A DNA stretch of 26,388 nt from a virus (Duplodnaviria > Caudoviricetes): IMG/VR virus record IMGVR_UViG_3300009179_000231, positions 1 to 26,388 of that record, one strand, 5' to 3'. Shown in pieces: positions 8,510 through 16,457 of this stretch. The position numbers and the translations under genes are program-made. The notes beneath the pieces were generated by a model, which worked only from the letters and a program-made list of their open reading frames with translations, made no database searches and had not been told where the DNA came from. Every line of letters begins with the position of its first letter. Position 1 is the first letter of the stretch.

Positions 8510-9664
8510 TTAACCTCGCCATCTTACGGTCGGTGTGAATTGACCAGGATCTATATTATAACTGAAACGGTCGGCGAAGTCAAGTGTATTGCGAATGCTT
8601 GCCTCGATGTCGAACATCGACTTGGTCGAAAGATTCTCGAACCTTTTAATCTGAGTGCATACCTTCTCTTTTCTTGGGTTCTCGATATGCTCGATCTCCC
8701 CCTTACCGTAGACTTCTATTACCTTTTCAGCGATTCCCTGTACGTTCATGGTCTTGGTAAAGTGGTTTACTACCTTATGAGACCCTGGGGCGATATTCGA
8801 ATCCATCAAGCCACTCAAACCTCTTAAGACATCGCAAAGACAGATAACGTTGGTTTGAGACGACCCATCACCGTAAACCGTCAGTGGCACACCTTTAACA
8901 GCTTGGCAAGCGAATCGATTTAGCACAGTACCGAAAATATGATCATAGTTAAAACGAGAATAAAGATGCGGATCATCTAACTCTCCTTCGACGCATTGTC
9001 CAAAAATTATACTCTGTTGAACCGTGATAGCTTTAAGACCCCAGATTTCCGAGCACATCTCGGTCAAGCCGAAAGTGTGGACCTTGGTTTGATGATAGAC
9101 GTCGGAAGCCTGCATCGGTAACCACGAATCCTTGACTGCGTGCAACATCCCATCGTGATAAAAATGCATTGTCTTTCGTGTTTCAGGGATGAAATCGGTG
9201 TCGGTAGACTGATAAGCTCCTGCGGACCCGAGAGAGATGACCAGGCTTTCCGGACAATGATCTCTGACCGCCCACAGGACATTCATGCACGTCTTTTCGT
9301 TGTTCGTGATTGTCAACGCAGCGGCTTCGGCGCTCATCATCGAGTAAGGAGCCGATGGCTGGTGCGCGGCATTGATGATAACGTCGGGCTTGTATCGACT
9401 AATCACCAATTCGGTCGCACCGTAGTTGGTGACATCGATAGAAAGACTCGTTAGATTGCGTTTTCCAGTGATATCGGTGTAATTTCTAACTCTTTCCGAT
9501 AAGAATGGAAAGTCGAACAGTTCCTTTATACCCAAAGACTTCTGCAAGCTCCTTTTCAAATAGGAATCTACCAGAATGACTCTGTCGTCGGTATTGAAGG
9601 CTCTATAAAGACCAAGACTCCATCCGAGGTATCCGTCACCTCCCAGTATCATAATGGTCTTCAT
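8510..9664 (-). CDS. sqdB: UDP-sulfoquinovose synthase-like extended SDR (SqdB/SQD1/Agl3 family)
   Basis: GGDGYLGW NAD-binding motif, QPSAPYSM, catalytic YHQTK, RFNYDHIFGTVLNRF...PLTVYG and ENPRKE. These are SqdB-family signature segments. Confidence 0.82.
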   Translation of the reverse strand: MKTIMILGGDGYLGWSLGLYRAFNTDDRVILVDSYLKRSLQKSLGIKELFDFPFLSERVRNYTDITGKRNLTSLSIDVTNYGATELVISRYKPDVIINAAHQPSAPYSMMSAEAAALTITNNEKTCMNVLWAVRDHCPESLVISLGSAGAYQSTDTDFIPETRKTMHFYHDGMLHAVKDSWLPMQASDVYHQTKVHTFGLTEMCSEIWGLKAITVQQSIIFGQCVEGELDDPHLYSRFNYDHIFGTVLNRFACQAVKGVPLTVYGDGSSQTNVICLCDVLRGLSGLMDSNIAPGSHKVVNHFTKTMNVQGIAEKVIEVYGKGEIEHIENPRKEKVCTQIKRFENLSTKSMFDIEASIRNTLDFADRFSYNIDPGQFTPTVRWRG

Positions 9665-9879
9665 TGCGGTTTCTCAACAGGCTTTTTGCAATTCGTCCAA
9701 ACGGCATCCGACCTTCCAGGTACATAAGTTTTCTCGCAGCCTGCTTTCAAATACATCTCGGATTCTTCGATAGTGCAGCTTTTGAGAATAGATACCGTAA
9801 ACACCAGAGCGATTGCCACCAAGGTCGTTACCACGATCATGGTGATTTGCCCACCATCAAGATTTTCTAAGATTTTCAT
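9661..9879 (-). CDS. small membrane-anchored hypothetical protein
   Basis: Hydrophobic stretch ITMIVVTTLVAIALVFTVSIL followed by a Cys-containing tail. SD GAGG. Confidence 0.65.
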   Translation of the reverse strand: MKILENLDGGQITMIVVTTLVAIALVFTVSILKSCTIEESEMYLKAGCEKTYVPGRSDAVWTNCKKPVEKPQ

Positions 9880-9910
9880 AATGAATTCCTCACACCTACA
9901 ACCGTGATTG

Positions 9911-10261
9911 TTATAAATCTATAATCATCGCAATCAGTCTCTTCTTTCCAAAGCGAGTGACTAAGTCTTCCAAAATGGTCTCATCGCGGGAATGATTCGA
10001 ATCTTCGTGCTCTCCGATCTCATAGCCCTTCTCCATCAGAGCATCGAGTACGTCTGGAAGATAAGGCTCCGATGTGGCCAGACCCAACACGAACTCGTCC
10101 AGTAGTATCGAAGTATTCTCATTCACTTCCTTATAGAAATCGTCGTCGTCATCGAACTCGTCTTTCTGCTGGGTCAAAATTTCGACAGCAGCATTCATGT
10201 TTTGAACAGCATACTCGACAATCGAGGCTATTAGGGATGAAGTTCTGGAGTTATTAAGCAT
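9911..10261 (-). CDS. acidic hypothetical protein
   Basis: The likely start is ATG 10261 (SD GAGG). The ORF contains a DEFDDDDD tract. Confidence 0.65.
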   Translation of the reverse strand: MLNNSRTSSLIASIVEYAVQNMNAAVEILTQQKDEFDDDDDFYKEVNENTSILLDEFVLGLATSEPYLPDVLDALMEKGYEIGEHEDSNHSRDETILEDLVTRFGKKRLIAMIIDL

Positions 10262-10262
10262 G

Positions 10263-11180
10263 TTACACCTCATGAGTTAGGGTTTCAACGAATTCGTGAT
10301 AACGGCTGTAAGTCAGATCGACCACTTCTTTTGGTAAAGAGACTTTAGAGATATCGACGGTCTCGTTCGGACGAGCCGCGATATAGGATGAGACATACTC
10401 TCTTACGATGTCCTTATCATAGGACTTTTGGTTTTGCCCGGGAGTATAGGTGCCTTTATTCCAAATGCGACTACCGTCGGGCGTAATCACCTCATCAATC
10501 AAAACCAGCTCGCCGTCATCTTCATCCACGGCGAACTCGAATTTCGTATCGGCGAGGATGTAACCTTTCTTCAGAAGATGATGGGCGGCAAACTCGTAAA
10601 GGAAGATGGATTGGTTGAGGATCTTATCTGCCAACTCGGAGCCCAAGACATCGAAGAACTCCTTCTGCGACATCGGGCGGTCATGCTCGCCAACCGGAGC
10701 CTTAGTCGTCGGAGTGAAATGGGAATAGCGGAAGGCTTGAGCCTTTTGCATCCCTTCGGGGAGTGGGTCGCCATTCATCGTCCCGTACTCTGAATACTCG
10801 AGCCAGGCATTACCATACAGGAAGCCTCTAACGATGGCTTCCACGAGAATCGGTTTATACTTGCGGACGATTTGGCATGCCTTGCAGGCATTGGGACGTT
10901 CCTCCATATCAGGAAGAACTTGGTCGAGAGTGATTTGAGAGCGGCTGATGTGATTAGGAATGATCCATTTGGTCTTATCGCACCAGTATCGAGTGGCGGT
11001 AGTCAGAAGCTCGCCTCTACCGGGGATCGTCGTGGGAAGAATGGAGTCGAATACGGAGAGTCTGTCGGAGGTGTAGATCAGAAGATGCTTGTCATCGACT
11101 TCCCACATATCCCTATTCTTACCTCTTTTTAGCAACTTCAAGGATGGAAATTCTGTCATTTCACTCATAGTATACCTCAT
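10263..11180 (-). CDS. purC: SAICAR synthetase
   Basis: RGKNRDMW, SDRLSVFD, VEAIVRGFLYG, FTPTTKA, ILADTKFEF, DEVITPDGSRIW and SYDKD. Confidence 0.95.
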   Translation of the reverse strand: MRYTMSEMTEFPSLKLLKRGKNRDMWEVDDKHLLIYTSDRLSVFDSILPTTIPGRGELLTTATRYWCDKTKWIIPNHISRSQITLDQVLPDMEERPNACKACQIVRKYKPILVEAIVRGFLYGNAWLEYSEYGTMNGDPLPEGMQKAQAFRYSHFTPTTKAPVGEHDRPMSQKEFFDVLGSELADKILNQSIFLYEFAAHHLLKKGYILADTKFEFAVDEDDGELVLIDEVITPDGSRIWNKGTYTPGQNQKSYDKDIVREYVSSYIAARPNETVDISKVSLPKEVVDLTYSRYHEFVETLTHEV

Positions 11181-11569
11181 TATTTGATAAGCACAGTTGA
11201 CCCGATTGGTAACGACGAAAACAGATATCGGGCGTCTTTTGCTGGTACACGGACGCAGCCATGCGATGCGGGATACCCAGGAACCACTCCCTGATGAATA
11301 GCATAAAGCGACCCTTTAAAGAGCATGGTGTACTTCATTATCACTTTATACTTTGCCGATCGCACTTTCGTATATTTAGCGTGGATTGAAAAGCGTCCTG
11401 CTGGAGTACGATACCCCAGCTTGCCGGTGCTCGCTTGCCCGGCTCTAATCACCTTACCGTTATCTATGACGGTGTAGGACTGATTGGATCGATTAACGAC
11501 GATCTCCGGCAGCGCCATAGCCGTAGATGCGAAAAGACAAAGAGACAGACCGACCACTTTCGCTTTCAT
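11180..11569 (-). CDS. secreted L,D-transpeptidase (YkuD family)
   Basis: The true start is ATG 11569 (SD GGAG), with signal peptide MKAKVVGLSLCLFASTAMA. Motifs are STGK..TPAG and the catalytic AIHQG...SHGCVR. Confidence 0.9.
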   Translation of the reverse strand: MKAKVVGLSLCLFASTAMALPEIVVNRSNQSYTVIDNGKVIRAGQASTGKLGYRTPAGRFSIHAKYTKVRSAKYKVIMKYTMLFKGSLYAIHQGVVPGYPASHGCVRVPAKDARYLFSSLPIGSTVLIK

Positions 11570-11588
11570 ATTGACTCCATCGTTGTTT

Positions 11589-11646
11589 TTTACTGTACAG
11601 TAAATTTGAATTGGACAACGAATCTGTTGTACAACGAATCTGTTGT
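11589..11646. repeat. 16-bp perfect palindrome plus an exact 16-bp tandem duplication
   Basis: TTTACTGTACAGTAAA at 11589-11604. ACAACGAATCTGTTGT occurs twice (11615-11630, 11631-11646), and each unit is itself ACAAC-N6-GTTGT. Confidence 0.85.
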
Positions 11647-12122
11647 TAATCGGCTTCCCAGGGGAAGTGAACCCACTCTTCCGAATCGAGGACATGCACC
11701 GAAAGAACCGGCATATCTAAACGACATGCAGTCCTCTTCACGATAACACCATAGTAGACTTTGATGGGGAAGCAAGCGAATCGAGCATTGATAAAGCCCA
11801 CTTGCTCGTGAATGGCATTGAGAGTCTTTCCGGAGTCGGCAATCTCATCTATAACCAGAAGGGATTCATCGGACGGGCAGTCAAGAAGGATTCGAATGAG
11901 ACCATCAACATCGGCAGCCTGCCCCTGGTCTCGGGTTTGCCACTCGAGAGTTTTCAGCGGAAGATTAAGAAGATGGCTGAGCATCACCGCCGGGACCAAG
12001 CCCCCGCGATGAATGCCGATTATGGCACTGATTTTCCTATCGGAACGAGATAACTCGCCCTTGATTTTGTCGGCTAAGATTCGGATGTCCGCTTCAATGT
12101 CTGTCCACTCGTATCTAATCAT
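11646..12122 (-). CDS. purine (xanthine/guanine-type) phosphoribosyltransferase
   Basis: IIGIHRGGLVPAVMLSH, the PRPP loop LVIDEIADSGKTL and C-terminal WVHFPWE. Confidence 0.9.
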   Translation of the reverse strand: MIRYEWTDIEADIRILADKIKGELSRSDRKISAIIGIHRGGLVPAVMLSHLLNLPLKTLEWQTRDQGQAADVDGLIRILLDCPSDESLLVIDEIADSGKTLNAIHEQVGFINARFACFPIKVYYGVIVKRTACRLDMPVLSVHVLDSEEWVHFPWEAD

Positions 12123-12126
12123 TCTA

Positions 12127-12378
12127 TTAACTCATTGTCAGAAGGTAGGGATAGTCGTCAATCAAGTCCAGCAGCATCGATCTCGCGCACTCCTCTTGAT
12201 TTTCGTTCTTAAAGGTAAACAACCACGACACCGTTTCTTTAGTAGGAGCGCCATCGGTGGTAAAACTGGATTCCTGTCGGCATCCAGTGATGTCGCAAAT
12301 TGCATCAATATTCGAAGCAACTTCATCAATAAGATATTCATCATCACTATGACGAAGTGATAAACTAATAGAACTCAT
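12127..12378 (-). CDS. hypothetical protein
   Basis: The likely start is ATG 12378 (SD GAGG). The ORF fills the gap between its neighbours. Confidence 0.6.
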   Translation of the reverse strand: MSSISLSLRHSDDEYLIDEVASNIDAICDITGCRQESSFTTDGAPTKETVSWLFTFKNENQEECARSMLLDLIDDYPYLLTMS

Positions 12379-12379
12379 C

Positions 12380-12658
12380 TCACTTGTCCTCAATAATGCT
12401 AAACTTAACCCACCAGTGACTACCCTGCTTCAAGGTGTCGCCGCCACGAAATGCTTTCCACTGCTCGCCGCTGTCGATGATGCGGTACTCGATACCCGCC
12501 TTCTTCAGAGAGGCTTCGAGGTTTTCACGGATCTTGTGATGATCCTTGCCGTGAGTATAGAAGAACCCAACTCGGTAAGTATAGACGCCGCGGTACTTGG
12601 TAAGGGCTTCATGGTTATAGATACCCAGCACTTCGCACAGTTCGTTCAGTTTCATCAT
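12380..12658 (-). CDS. hypothetical early protein
   Basis: 92-aa ORF with SD GGAG, in the operon below the 13343-13370 promoter. Confidence 0.7.
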   Translation of the reverse strand: MMKLNELCEVLGIYNHEALTKYRGVYTYRVGFFYTHGKDHHKIRENLEASLKKAGIEYRIIDSGEQWKAFRGGDTLKQGSHWWVKFSIIEDK

Positions 12659-12669
12659 ACTCTCCGAGT

Positions 12670-12879
12670 TTACAGTTGCGGACGGTTTGAAAAGCGGGCG
12701 TCGAGCATGTTACGGAAATCGGCCCAGAAACAATCTTCTCGGGTCTCATCCTTAAAAGTCACCGCTATTGCTGACTTGTTGCCGTTGTTACCCGGTACAA
12801 TCTTACCGCCATGCCGTTCGGTTAGTTCTTCGATAACTTCGGCGTGGTCGATGAAATACTCTTCAGTGAAGATGATCAT
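12670..12879 (-). CDS. hypothetical early protein
   Basis: 69-aa ORF with SD GAGG. It has one in-frame CGG (12816-12814). Confidence 0.65.
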   Translation of the reverse strand: MIIFTEEYFIDHAEVIEELTERHGGKIVPGNNGNKSAIAVTFKDETREDCFWADFRNMLDARFSNRPQL

Positions 12880-12889
12880 TTAAGATTCC

Positions 12890-13306
12890 TCAAACACCAA
12901 TGGCTTTGAATTCGGCGCGGGCGACATCGGAAGAAATGCCGAGCTTAACACGGCAGCCGAGCAGCGCCTTCTTGAGCTCATCCTTCGGAATCCAGAACTG
13001 ACCAGTGGTATCCTGGATAGCGAATTCCGACTGAGCGACTAACGGCTTAGACTGTACGGTCATAAACCGGTGGACATAGTTGACAGTGAAATGGTCCTTT
13101 TTCATTTCCCAACCTTCCGGGCTCATGTTGTCCTTGAGATCGGCCCAGCGCCGAAGAACCTGCTTGACTTCGACCGGAGCGTAGACGACCGGCTTCTTGC
13201 CCTTGCCGAACAGGCGGGCGAAGCAAGTGTAGCCGTAGGGCTGACCATCCTTAAACGACGGCATAGTGACATCTTCACCGCAGCACGCACATTTGAGGAT
13301 TCGCAT
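12890..13306 (-). CDS. hypothetical early protein with an N-terminal Cys cluster
   Basis: The true start is ATG 13306 (SD AGGAG), giving MRILKCACCG...YGYTCF (possible Zn binding). It has two in-frame CGG codons. Confidence 0.7.
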   Translation of the reverse strand: MRILKCACCGEDVTMPSFKDGQPYGYTCFARLFGKGKKPVVYAPVEVKQVLRRWADLKDNMSPEGWEMKKDHFTVNYVHRFMTVQSKPLVAQSEFAIQDTTGQFWIPKDELKKALLGCRVKLGISSDVARAEFKAIGV

Positions 13307-13342
13307 TTTTGGCTCCTGGGTTGGTTTACTTACTGTGCCTAT

Positions 13343-13405
13343 AGTATAGCACATCAGATCCAAAAGTCAAGCCTTTCAGGAAAAATAGTTCCACAAAAAT
13401 GCGAC
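13343..13405 (-). promoter_or_regulatory. early promoter cassette, copy 1
   Basis: TTGACT (13370-13365), 16 bp, TATACT (13348-13343). The conserved upstream block is GTGGAAnnnTTTTCCTGAAnGGC. Confidence 0.8.
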
Positions 13406-13407
13406 GC

Positions 13408-14262
13408 CTATGAAAAGAAGGATGTTACACTATTTTTTGATTTTTTGGTTCCTTTCAGGACTTTTTTCATGGGGTCGAGTGTAACATCGGATGACGCGCC
13501 TTCGACCCTCAGTCTTGCCAGTTCAGCATAATGGTTCGAAATTTCGAAACCCAGCCAATGTCGCCCGGTTATCTTCGCGGCTACGGCAGTCGTACCCGAT
13601 CCCATGAATGGGTCGAGAACGGTATCGCCCTTATAAGTCAGTATCTCTATTGCAAGTTTTGGGAGTTCGAGAGGAAAACACACTTTCGTGATAGAATCTT
13701 TCTCAGGTATGATTTTCCAGATCCCCGATACGGCATGAATGAAGTCTTCTCTGGAACAAGTAGATTCGCCTTGAGACTGTTTTTTAGCGAATTCGTTATA
13801 ACCGATCAAGATCACTTCAGAAGGATTGTATATGTAAGGTGCGGAAGCGCTCTGCCAAGAACCCCAGGCTGTTAGAGTAGATTTTGTTGGATCGACCCAC
13901 AACGGCATAGCCATCATATTCAACCCTTCTTCTTGAAGAATTTTATAGAACTCAACCTGAGGACTCACTCGTTTTTTGTTGTTATCGATCCCCATCTCAA
14001 CCAGAACATTGATAGCGAAACGCCCGTCTGGTTTGAGCACTCGTCTGATCTCTCGAATCCAGAGGCGGCACCAATCGAGATATTCTTGCCAAGGTAGACT
14101 ATCATTCCATGAATCATATTCGATCCCGATGTTATACGGAGGTGATGTGATGACGAGATCTATCGAAGAGTTTTCGACTCGATCGAACCCCACCATCACA
14201 TCACAAGTTATGATCTCATCTGTTCTCAATTTCGGTTTCGTCTTCTCTAATGAAGATGTCAA
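13408..14262 (-). CDS. beta-class N4C/N6A DNA methyltransferase
   Basis: The catalytic TSPPYN precedes the SAM-binding VLDPFMGSGTT, which is the beta arrangement. Confidence 0.93.
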   Translation of the reverse strand: MTSSLEKTKPKLRTDEIITCDVMVGFDRVENSSIDLVITSPPYNIGIEYDSWNDSLPWQEYLDWCRLWIREIRRVLKPDGRFAINVLVEMGIDNNKKRVSPQVEFYKILQEEGLNMMAMPLWVDPTKSTLTAWGSWQSASAPYIYNPSEVILIGYNEFAKKQSQGESTCSREDFIHAVSGIWKIIPEKDSITKVCFPLELPKLAIEILTYKGDTVLDPFMGSGTTAVAAKITGRHWLGFEISNHYAELARLRVEGASSDVTLDPMKKVLKGTKKSKNSVTSFFS

Positions 14263-14854
14263 GTTTATCCCCTCTCTTTGCGTATGTTACCAATATACAA
14301 CCGGTCTTTACCTTATTGAAGAATAATGAAGGGCTGTAACCTCCTTTTTCAGGTTTAATCTGAATCAATCGATTTCCAAGAAGTATGTCGATGCCATCCT
14401 TTTCTCCCTTCGCATCAGATAGAGATACCTTTTCGCCCGTCAAATCGGCAAGGGCTTTCGCAACCCGCATCTCTGCAATCATACCAGTGTAGGTTTTCTC
14501 AAAAACAAGTTGTTCGACCCAACGAGCGATGTCGCTTTGAAGCGAAGGCGATTCTTCACACTGAAGGCAAACGGAACTAATCATGTTTCGAGTCATCACA
14601 TAAATCTTTCTAATCGCTGCATCAATGCAGTGTTTACCCTTTTTATCGTAATAAAACTCTTTCCATGAATCAGGAGAAAGATCTGTTCCGGTTTGACTCC
14701 ATTCGCAGAACAAATCTTTCATTGATCCGATATGTTTAGGCCGAGTAGCCTGGGAATTTTGACAAGCGATGTTAATAATCTGCGTTAGATACGCAGGATA
14801 CTCTTGCCAGGTAAAACTGAATTTTGGTAAATCGACAGTTATGGTTTTCATCAT
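14216..14854 (-). CDS. MjaI-like PD-(D/E)XK restriction endonuclease
   Basis: INIACQNSQATRPKHIG, W..LVFEKTYTG and E.DGID...IQIKP. It overlaps the MTase start by 47 bp. Confidence 0.75.
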   Translation of the reverse strand: MMKTITVDLPKFSFTWQEYPAYLTQIINIACQNSQATRPKHIGSMKDLFCEWSQTGTDLSPDSWKEFYYDKKGKHCIDAAIRKIYVMTRNMISSVCLQCEESPSLQSDIARWVEQLVFEKTYTGMIAEMRVAKALADLTGEKVSLSDAKGEKDGIDILLGNRLIQIKPEKGGYSPSLFFNKVKTGCILVTYAKRGDKLDIFIREDETEIENR

Positions 14855-14926
14855 TTCACCCGAGTTGTTTGTTTACTGTTTGGAATGATTGAAATATCCG
14901 ATCAAAGTTCATTTCTCTTTTCCTTC

Positions 14927-15151
14927 TTACGAAATTTTCAGATCAGTATCGTAGACACAATCTACGATCCCGACCGCGTTCACAGGATCTTGCCGATTTA
15001 GACAGCCATATTGATCGGTATACGGGTGCAGTTTAATCAACATTTTGACATCATCCCACCGTCCATCATTGGGGTTCATCAGTTTCACATCTACGTCCCC
15101 ATAGGACTTTTTTGCAGTCTGCAGAACTTTGATCAGTTTACTGAGTTTCAC
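14927..15151 (-). CDS. hypothetical early protein
   Basis: GTG start, with a MKLSKLIK.L......YGDVDV pattern common in small phage proteins. It has two in-frame CGG codons. Confidence 0.65.
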   Translation of the reverse strand: MKLSKLIKVLQTAKKSYGDVDVKLMNPNDGRWDDVKMLIKLHPYTDQYGCLNRQDPVNAVGIVDCVYDTDLKIS

Positions 15152-15189
15152 TGGGCTTCCCCTGTTTGCACTGGTGTACTTGATGTGGT

Positions 15190-15381
15190 TTAGAGCGCCA
15201 TTTCGTTAATGGCTTGGATAAGGTCGGTATGCTTCATCGTGGGGACCTGGTACAGCTCGCCGCGTATCCATTTCGGCATGGTAAAGATCACGCGGCGCCG
15301 CGCCAGCTCGCAGAAATGGTCGGACTTAAAATGCACGGTAAAGAGCTCGTCTTCGATGCTGTCGATAATCGTTACATCCAT
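15190..15381 (-). CDS. hypothetical early protein
   Basis: The true start is ATG 15381 (MDVTIID), just below promoter copy 2. It has one in-frame CGG. Confidence 0.65.
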   Translation of the reverse strand: MDVTIIDSIEDELFTVHFKSDHFCELARRRVIFTMPKWIRGELYQVPTMKHTDLIQAINEMAL

Positions 15382-15417
15382 CTCTCTTACCCCTTTTTTG
15401 GCTGACTTGATGTGCAT

Positions 15418-15469
15418 AGTATAGCAGCCGCAGGCAGGAAAGTCAAGCCGTTCAGGAAAACTTTTCCAC
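15418..15469 (-). promoter_or_regulatory. early promoter cassette, copy 2
   Basis: TTGACT (15446-15441), 17 bp, TATACT (15423-15418). The upstream block is GTGGAAAAGTTTTCCTGAACGGC. Confidence 0.85.
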
Positions 15470-15497
15470 GAAGATGTTACAATGGCAGCATCGGTGT

Positions 15498-15746
15498 TTA
15501 TTCGTTTAGAAGATCTACCAACTCTTTTACACTCATTTTCCTTAGGTCTTCGATACGAACCCAGGTCGCATCCATGACTTGCTGATACGCTCGCTGTCTG
15601 GCGCCATCGAGAGCATCGAGCCAAATCTTTTGGTCTGATCTAATGGCTCCTCGCATGGCTCGATGACTCGAAATGAGGGTATCGACATTGAGGTTATCTA
15701 CGCCGAATTCACTACCGTATTCAGCAATCTTTTTGTAAACGCTCAT
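15498..15746 (-). CDS. hypothetical protein
   Basis: The likely start is ATG 15746 (SD GAGG), giving 82 aa. Confidence 0.65.
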   Translation of the reverse strand: MSVYKKIAEYGSEFGVDNLNVDTLISSHRAMRGAIRSDQKIWLDALDGARQRAYQQVMDATWVRIEDLRKMSVKELVDLLNE

Positions 15747-15778
15747 AACCAGCCTCATTTAGCGGAAATAAAACAGTT

Positions 15779-15854
15779 TGGAGGAGAAGTGAGGAATCGA
15801 ACCTCATACCTTGGCGCCCTGCGAGCTTACCGGGTACCCTATCCAGAGCTCTCC
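15779..15854 (-). ncRNA. 76-nt tRNA-like RNA with a non-canonical D/anticodon region
   Basis: Sequence GGAGAGC...TGAGG-TTCGATT-CCTCA-CTTCTCC-T-CCA: a 6/7-bp acceptor stem, a perfect T arm at canonical positions 49-65, U73 and an encoded CCA. There is no standard 5-bp/7-nt anticodon arm. It is intergenic. Confidence 0.72.
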
Positions 15855-15872
15855 AGTGTCGGTTTATTCGAG

Positions 15873-16442
15873 TTAAAGTATACCTTCCTCGACTCCATGC
15901 TTCTGGGCAGCAGTTTGAACGACCAGCACGATAGAATCAGGTAAGTCCATCCTTTCGAGAAGCGGGAACAGATCTTTCGTCGGCGACAACCCACCGTTAC
16001 CGCAACCGAGCATCGGCATGAACACGGTTTTCAGAGAATTTTCCTCGATGAAAGAGACGAGTCGATTAAGAGACGACTCGATCAGTTTGATGTCCGCCAT
16101 GCAATAGAACCCGGGTACGGTTTCACCGATACCATAGAGGCTTCTTACTTTGGGCAAGAGCTTCTTCTTCTGGTTCAGGTTCTCGATCTTTTGAAACGAT
16201 GGCTTGACGGGAATGGCGATAATCTGGTGCGGCTCTTTGCGTAACCAGCCTACCACATTACCTTCTCTTCGAATGAGAAGACCGAGATCGAACACGATTC
16301 CCGGGTATCGATTCTTCGCGTCCCATGCCAAGCCGGCACCCATCACTCCGGCTCCGTTGCGAGAAACGAACCCGTTGGTCGGTATTCCGATGACACCTTG
16401 GTCGACGAGAGTCCAGATATCGGTATTTTCGAGAATTAACAT
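15873..16442 (-). CDS. macrodomain (ADP-ribose hydrolase-type) protein
   Basis: IPTNG....GVMGAGLA...K.RYP and MPMLGCGNGGL. Confidence 0.85.
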   Translation of the reverse strand: MLILENTDIWTLVDQGVIGIPTNGFVSRNGAGVMGAGLAWDAKNRYPGIVFDLGLLIRREGNVVGWLRKEPHQIIAIPVKPSFQKIENLNQKKKLLPKVRSLYGIGETVPGFYCMADIKLIESSLNRLVSFIEENSLKTVFMPMLGCGNGGLSPTKDLFPLLERMDLPDSIVLVVQTAAQKHGVEEGIL

Positions 16443-16457
16443 GGTGGCTTCTTCCAG

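Noticed and set aside
11589-11604. The palindrome as a LexA box
   Set aside because: The CTGT and ACAG half-sites are adjacent, whereas the gammaproteobacterial SOS box needs an 8-bp spacer.
11615-11646. The tandem repeat as a CRISPR mini-array
   Set aside because: It has only two 16-bp units with no spacer, and no cas genes are in the window.
11570-15624. Long N-terminal versions of the ORFs starting at 11695, 13363 and 15624
   Set aside because: The extensions run through promoters or neighbouring genes. The downstream ATGs (11569, 13306, 15381) have proper SD sequences.
15779-15854. Calling the RNA a standard tRNA-Cys(GCA), -Leu(CAG) or -Gly(GCC)
   Set aside because: None of these triplets sits in a 7-nt loop with U33 on a 5-bp stem.
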